From Patellaria atrata CBS 101060 (Eukaryota): a stretch of DNA of 64,000 nt. Position 1 is the stretch's first letter. Each line of letters begins with the position of its first letter. Made by a program: the position numbers and the translations under genes. Positions 62,034 through 64,000 of the stretch are shown one piece after another. The stretch lies in the NCBI GenBank assembly GCA_010093705.1, contig MU006099.1:806001-870000 (forward strand), in the 5' to 3' direction. Below the pieces are notes generated by a model. That model was not told where the DNA came from, ran no database searches, and saw only the letters and a list, made by a program, of their open reading frames with translations.

Positions 62034-64000
62034 CTTGCAGACAGTTGGAAGGAATGAAAGCGAACAGAAATGCTAACCAATACCCCCATCTTATCTTTTG
62101 GTCCTGTCATGGAGATATAACTCTTTCTTGACACTGGAGACCTTGATCTGAATGTGACATACCACTATAGGAGACACTTTACTCACAACCAAATAGAAAA
62201 CTGGGCAATTCAATCGCTGCAACTTGACTCGTCAAATATCATCGCGTGGTAAGTAAGCCGCACGTGGCAAATAAGGCACCCAATTACAAGTGCAGTATGT
62301 CTACATAGTGATGACTCCCAAGCGCGCTGCCCTAATTAGACTGGGATTGTTAAGGAACGTGGCGCCAGTCCAAGTTTGCTAAGCTTTTCAAGTTCACCAA
62401 AGCTTAATTTAAGCTTACATTTAACCGGCGAAGATGAGGAGATGGAACCAGTGAAGAGAAAGGGATCGGCGACATCAATGTCGGCAATAAAATTCATCGG
62501 CACGAAAGGATCATGGACATGGTATGCAACTGACTTTATGATATTAAAGAAATTTGATGTTGTGTTGCAAGGAGAGACAACGGAACGTTACTTCACACCG
62601 AGACTAGTAAGACAGTATACCACGACATAGATACCTTGCTCGCGACCAATTTTATGGTAAGCTAAGAGAAGAGCAAATGAGGAGAGTTATATGAATCCGA
62701 AAATTGAATATTGTTTGCAACAAACTTGATACAAGACAGTACACCGCAAAAAGATACAGGATATATTAAGGAGAATATGTAAGGTCTGAGAGGCTTACCT
62801 TTCCACGATGTAAACCCTAGTTTAAGGTATTTAAGAGTCATTGCAACCCGTATAGGGGGACTATTCGATAAACAAACTAACGTATTGTATCGAAAAATTA
62901 CACAATTGCGATTAATGACAGGACATCAATGAGATGAGTGTGAGCGGAAAGAATTTGCAGATGACTTTTAATTCTGCGGAAGATAAAGTGATTTGGAGAC
63001 GCCGAATTGGTCTTAGCCCATGATCAGATGAACGGTGCACTAATTACGGTAGTTGATGCCATTGAGCTCGGCATGGGATAGAATCCTTTAAGAGAGTGGC
63101 AAATAAGGTAATTAAGTCCTTCGCGTTGAAGCACCTGGCCAAAGAGGGGTGAGAGTTATTTCTAGGATAGCCTGATGGACATACTGACTGTTCAGAGCTG
63201 GTGGCCGCAATGGTTTCGGGCCTGCTATGCTTTAATCCTTTAGTAACCACTTTTAGCGAGCATACTTTCTATCAGTCGCTTCCAACTTGCCTTAATCCAG
63301 AGGTCAATATGATGAGGAAGACGGTAACTTTAGCGTCCCATTTTGAATAGCATATATACACACTGTTTAGCTGATGTGATACGTGTTCAAAACAGAACAC
63401 ATACTTACGTACCTTAACTGCTTCTAAATGAGGTAAACAAAGTATTCGTCTCCGCTTTTGATGTTTTGGACCGACCTTTTTGATTAATAGTAAGCTTGGG
63501 TCTATGAAGGTTAGACAACTGACAAGGAGCTAATGAATTCTTCCTTGATTCCAAACCGAATTCTGGGACGACTGAACTTGATTGCGAATGTCTCCGAAAC
63601 AAACTATAGTCGAGAGCATTGCTATTTCTTGGGCTTGACGGCTTTTTTGCACTCTGCCAGCCCCGAGAGCTTTTTACATTTGCATGTGCTCTTCGGAATC
63701 CCATTGTCTAGACATGTTTTAATCTTGTCGTGACACTTTCGAACGCATGCGCCTCCGTCCAGTTAGAGATCGAGATCTGTCATCCAGCTCATGCCGCGCA
63801 AGATTCTCTGACAGTATTGCCTATAGAGCTGTTAGTGACGATCGAGAGGGAAATACGTGAGAAAGATAAATTGGGCGTAGTTTGAACTTACCACGTTGGT
63901 GGAATTCTTCAAGGCACTCATATAGAGCCGCTTGCACGGGAGCGGGTTTTTCAATCTTTGGAGCGGGGATATAACGTCTCTGTAGAGTTGCCTTAGAAAC

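Overview
This is intron-rich genomic DNA from a filamentous ascomycete (Pezizomycotina), judged from GT-AG introns with CTAAC/CTGAC branch sites and the fungal gene families present. About 21 protein-coding genes are recognisable: HBS1 (5'-truncated, with Ski7-like motifs), a type-1 phosphoglycerate dehydrogenase, glyoxalase I, a cytosolic GH18 ENGase-like enzyme fused to a UBA domain, Zds1, Gem1/Miro, CreC, a CreD-like arrestin, a Slm1-like PH protein, an ALKBH1-like dioxygenase, Cdc28/NimX, an AT-hook/Myb-like orphan, Rrd1 (PTPA), Swf1, Rap1, a Pro/Thr-rich small protein, a calpain, a small Cys/His protein, a ZNF830-like protein, Bye1 and a secreted tyrosinase. There is also a multiply disrupted MYND-finger/pRiA4b-ORF3-like pseudogene, several possible decayed gene relics, and several short tandem repeats. 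I found no tRNA, rRNA, CRISPR array or intact transposon. The best candidates for new biology are (1) the GH18 ENGase-UBA fusion, a possible ubiquitin-coupled deglycosylase, and (2) two recurrent intergenic motifs, (CCTTA)n/(TAAGG)n (often as inverted pairs) and TACWGTA. Exon boundaries and family assignments were made by eye and from recalled motifs, without database searches.
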